A DNA stretch of 64,000 nucleotides. It comes from an uncultured Acetobacteraceae bacterium (lineage in GTDB: Bacteria; Pseudomonadota; Alphaproteobacteria; Acetobacterales; Acetobacteraceae). The translations under genes were made by a program, and so were the position numbers. Shown in pieces: positions 62,901 to 64,000 of this stretch. Position 1 is the first letter of the stretch; each line of letters begins with the position of its first letter. Under the pieces are notes generated by a model. That model saw nothing but the letters and a program-made list of their open reading frames with translations. It did no database searches and was not told the DNA's origin. The DNA lies in assembly GCA_964564645.1 (NCBI GenBank), contig CAZMCV010000001.1, positions 14,066-78,065 of the forward strand, read 5' to 3'.

Positions 62901-64000
62901 TATGGGCCGGCCGGCACCTTCCCGACCGGCGTGCCGCAGGGCGCGACCAATTACTGGGTCGACGTGGTGTTCAACCCGGCGAGCACGGCCGGCAATTCCG
63001 CGCCCGTGGCCGTCGCCGATGGCGGCTTCGTCACCAGCCTCGGCGTCCCGATCCAGATCGCCGCGGCGACGCTGCTGGCCAACGACAGCGACCCGGATGG
63101 GGACCCGCTGGGCATCGCGGGCATCGCCTCGAGCACCCACGGCACGGCCAGCTACAATCCCACCACCCGGCTCGTCACCTTCACGCCGGAAGCCGGCTAC
63201 ACCGGCCCGGCGGATTTCACCTACACCCTGACCGATGGCCGCGGCGGCACGACCACGGCAACCGTCGGCGTGGAGATCGGTCTCGCACCGGAAACCTTCA
63301 GCCTGTTCGGCATCGGCGATGCGCCGGCGGTCATCAGCGAGAACGATCCGAGCGCGGTCGAGCTCGGGGTGAAGTTCGTGGCCTCGAGCGCGGGGACGAT
63401 CACCGGCATCCGCTTCTACAAGGGGCCGCAGAACACCGGCACCCATACCGGCAGCCTCTGGACCGCCTCCGGCACCCTGCTGGCCACCGCCACCTTCACC
63501 AACGAGACCACCTCGGGCTGGCAGCAGGTCAACTTCGCCAGCCCGGTGAGCATCACCGCCGGCACCACCTACGTCGCCTCCTACCACACCACCAGCGGCT
63601 ACTATTCGGCGACTTCCGGCTACTTCAACACCGACCGCATCAGCGGCCCGCTCACCGCGCCCGCCGGCAACAACGGCCTCTACGCCTATGGCAGCGGCGG
63701 GATCTTCCCCACCAGCTCCTTCAACAACGCGAATTACTGGGTCGACGTGGTGTTCGACCCGGTCGAGCTCGGTCCCAACCAGGCCCCGACGGCCAATACG
63801 GATGGCGGCTTCGTCGGCTATCTCGACACGCCGCTCACCATCGCCGCCTCGGCGCTGCTGGCCAATGACAGCGACCCGGACGGCGACACGCTGACGATCA
63901 ACGGCGTCGTGTCCGGCAGCCGCGGGCTGGTCTCCTACAACGCCGCGACGCAGACCATCACCTTCATGCCGGAGGTCGGCTACACCGGCCCGGCGAGCTT
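59949..64000 (+). CDS. Giant secreted protein (>1350 aa, 3' end beyond the window): disordered Ala/Thr/Pro N-terminus, N,N-dimethylformamidase-beta-subunit-like domain, Ig-like domain, alternating DUF4082 and cadherin-like modules
   Basis: Not in the track because it has no in-window stop. ATG 59949 follows GGGGGAGAA. Motifs: ..SDIVFQTSDTTWQAYNGWGGANLYGG.. (DMFase-beta-like, from memory); ELGVKF..SSGTI..RFYK...NTG.H.GSLWTA.GTLLA.ATFT.ET.SGWQQV.FA.PV.I.A.TTYVASYHT (DUF4082) twice; LLANDSDPDGD (cadherin-like) twice. Confidence 0.9.
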   Translation, partial: MGIQDLTLTLVTAGDQDEDAAMLTLASLPTAEGSLPGTSLLLDPAVGLDAGTAGTEGSATGPAGSGQGPLPAPPAAGESVMASLGTDRGTISSALTPLDADYLLAPAEAAGTPAPGTDAPAPAFEGGATPLLTGGVAMPVIEDPSPMPASLATDEPIAMQTVSLEAMAGLAADPASIPSAPMDGTTGQTASLDAATTTAALTDSTSVPLTAFALEVGSLAATSGPNAIVLENQKQGNPRSEWDLNNGPSSSIEGFATDISYNIGAVVEFKINTDSSNYRIDIYRLGYYGGDGARKVGTIDHNASSAIIQPDPLRDAATGLVDAGNWSVTDSWDMPDDLVSGVYIAKLVREDGTEGENHIPFIVRDDNSTSDIVFQTSDTTWQAYNGWGGANLYGGNGPGGDSAPGRAYAVSYNRPITTREYGGTYAGPWDFVFGAEYSAFYWMEQNGYDVSYISGVDSDRYGSQLLNHKIYVSAGHDEYWSGAQRANVEAARDAGVSLVFMGGNDVYWRTRWEESIDGSGTDYRTLVSYKETRAGGKIDPSAEWTGTWRDLSADPTTGGGNPENGLMGTMFQVDSYRSDSITVPYAQTQLRFWRNTDVATTAPGESATIAEGMLGYEWDIAPDNGFDPAGLVRLSTTTINVDTMLLDYGTTVGPGTATHNLTLYRAESGALVFGAGTVYWSWGLADNNDIAYAPVDPNIQQSMVNLFADMGVQPETLQASLVLATGTTDFVAPTSSIDAPAGGGTVVAGTLVTLTGSAVDAGGLVAAVEISTDGGRTWWTTQSAPGNATDWTYTWRTPAAGTYTILTRAVDDSLNLEAPGAGMTMTVAPSNRVTLFDANEGPPPFPTELPATPTTTCCNVCLVHVFGPTELGVKFLSSSSGTISSVRFYKNFENTGPHVGSLWTADGTLLAQATFTSETDSGWQQVDFATPVAIAANTTYVASYHTTTGVYLASHVAYFQVEHTSGPLTALASAYPNGPNGLIAYGPAGTFPTGVPQGATNYWVDVVFNPASTAGNSAPVAVADGGFVTSLGVPIQIAAATLLANDSDPDGDPLGIAGIASSTHGTASYNPTTRLVTFTPEAGYTGPADFTYTLTDGRGGTTTATVGVEIGLAPETFSLFGIGDAPAVISENDPSAVELGVKFVASSAGTITGIRFYKGPQNTGTHTGSLWTASGTLLATATFTNETTSGWQQVNFASPVSITAGTTYVASYHTTSGYYSATSGYFNTDRISGPLTAPAGNNGLYAYGSGGIFPTSSFNNANYWVDVVFDPVELGPNQAPTANTDGGFVGYLDTPLTIAASALLANDSDPDGDTLTINGVVSGSRGLVSYNAATQTITFMPEVGYTGPAS
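62445..64000 (+). repeat. Repeated DUF4082 + cadherin-like module (period ~783 bp), at least two copies, continuing past the window
   Basis: AATTACTGGGTCGACGTGGTGTTC occurs at 62949 and 63732. CTGCTGGCCAA(C/T)GACAGCGACCCGGA occurs in both copies. Protein-level repeats are as listed for the gene. Confidence 0.8.

Noticed and set aside
59604-63587. A 1327-aa minus-strand ORF, the longest in this part of the track.
   Set aside because: It is antisense to the DUF4082/cadherin gene. Its translation is Arg/Gly/Ala/Asp-rich with no motifs. This is a typical GC-rich shadow ORF.

Overview
The window is very GC-rich DNA (roughly 70% by eye). Gene content suggests an alphaproteobacterial plasmid, chromid or integrated plasmid, but that is a guess. 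Stop codons are rare, so most long ORFs in the six-frame track are antisense or out-of-frame shadows. I kept only frames with recognisable protein motifs, sensible RBS or start/stop-overlap logic, and GC-rich third codon positions. Two real genes run off the window edges and are missing from the track: 1..1047 (-) and 59949..64000 (+).

Block 1 (1-13.4 kb) is a maintenance and mobile-element backbone:
- a GMC-type oxidoreductase fragment
- IS6 and IS630 relics, and an internally deleted IS256
- a parA partition pair
- a tightly packed operon: vapB, vapC, a Cre-like tyrosine recombinase, a 209-aa unknown ORF, and an orphan ScpA-like kleisin
- a secreted DUF3616-like protein
- a small RHH ORF, an iteron array and repA

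Block 2 (13.5-43.6 kb) is an exopolysaccharide locus of about 26 genes. Its marker genes are those of exosortase-A (XrtA/PEP-CTERM)-associated loci:
- AsnB-type amidotransferase, FemAB-like protein, polysaccharide deacetylase and ExeA-like ATPase
- a dedicated beta-barrel OMP, plus Wza-, Wzz- and kinase-like export proteins
- an EpsB-like priming transferase and a Wzy/O-antigen-ligase-like protein
- many glycosyltransferases and a Wzx flippase

I found no exosortase, no EpsI protein and no PEP-CTERM-tailed ORF anywhere in the window.

Block 3 (43.7-64 kb) is a type I secretion block:
- a 1839-aa RTX protein (beta-helix, RTX, 3x Calx-beta, large unknown domain, C-terminal RTX)
- a six-gene amino-sugar nucleotide operon
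- a HlyB-type ABC exporter with a C39-like domain, and a HlyD-type adaptor
- a cargo of more than 1350 aa with a DMFase-beta-like domain and alternating DUF4082 and cadherin-like modules

The best candidates for something new are (a) an XrtA-type EPS locus apparently uncoupled from exosortase and joined to T1SS cargo on a plasmid-like backbone, and (b) the TA / Cre-like recombinase / orphan kleisin operon.

All family names come from reading the translations. No database search was run.
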